A DNA stretch of 64,000 nt from the NCBI RefSeq assembly GCF_001194135.2, contig NC_069004.1, positions 32,558,534-32,622,533 on the forward strand. Direction: 5' to 3'. This document shows positions 63,966-64,000 of this stretch, in pieces. Source of the stretch: Octopus bimaculoides (taxonomy: Eukaryota). The notes under the pieces are model-generated. The model saw only the letters and a list, made by a program, of their open reading frames with translations. It was not told the origin of the DNA and made no database searches. A program made the translations under genes and the position numbers. The stretch's first letter is position 1, and every line of letters starts with the position of its first letter.

Positions 63966-64000
<35 letters not shown>

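Overview
AT-rich, microsatellite-laden animal genomic DNA with seven N-gaps. The repeat families and (CA)n/(TA)n/(GA)n/(AAT)n/(ATG)n load look like an octopus (coleoid cephalopod) genome; this is my inference from repeat style, not a database result. I can support no complete protein-coding gene, rRNA, true tRNA gene or CRISPR array. Almost all long ORFs in the supplied track are microsatellite or gap artefacts. The window reads as intronic or intergenic sequence built from layered transposon relics. DNA transposons: mariner (three relics plus a probable fourth terminus), pogo/Tigger, hAT and piggyBac-like. Non-LTR retroelements: three different restriction-like-endonuclease (RLE) LINE 3' ends (R4/Dong-like, HERO-like, and a third), two RTE pieces and a CR1 3' end. 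Also a 165-bp solo LTR and many copies of at least five SINE-like families. A few unique-sequence islands carry plausible short exons but none is proven. The most unusual structures are a six-unit GATATC-core repeat/variable-spacer array at 60.26-60.50 kb, a head-to-head inverted SINE pair, and a SINE-like family with a variable-number tandem-repeat head. Protein motifs were translated by hand, and most boundaries are approximate to about 10-20 bp.
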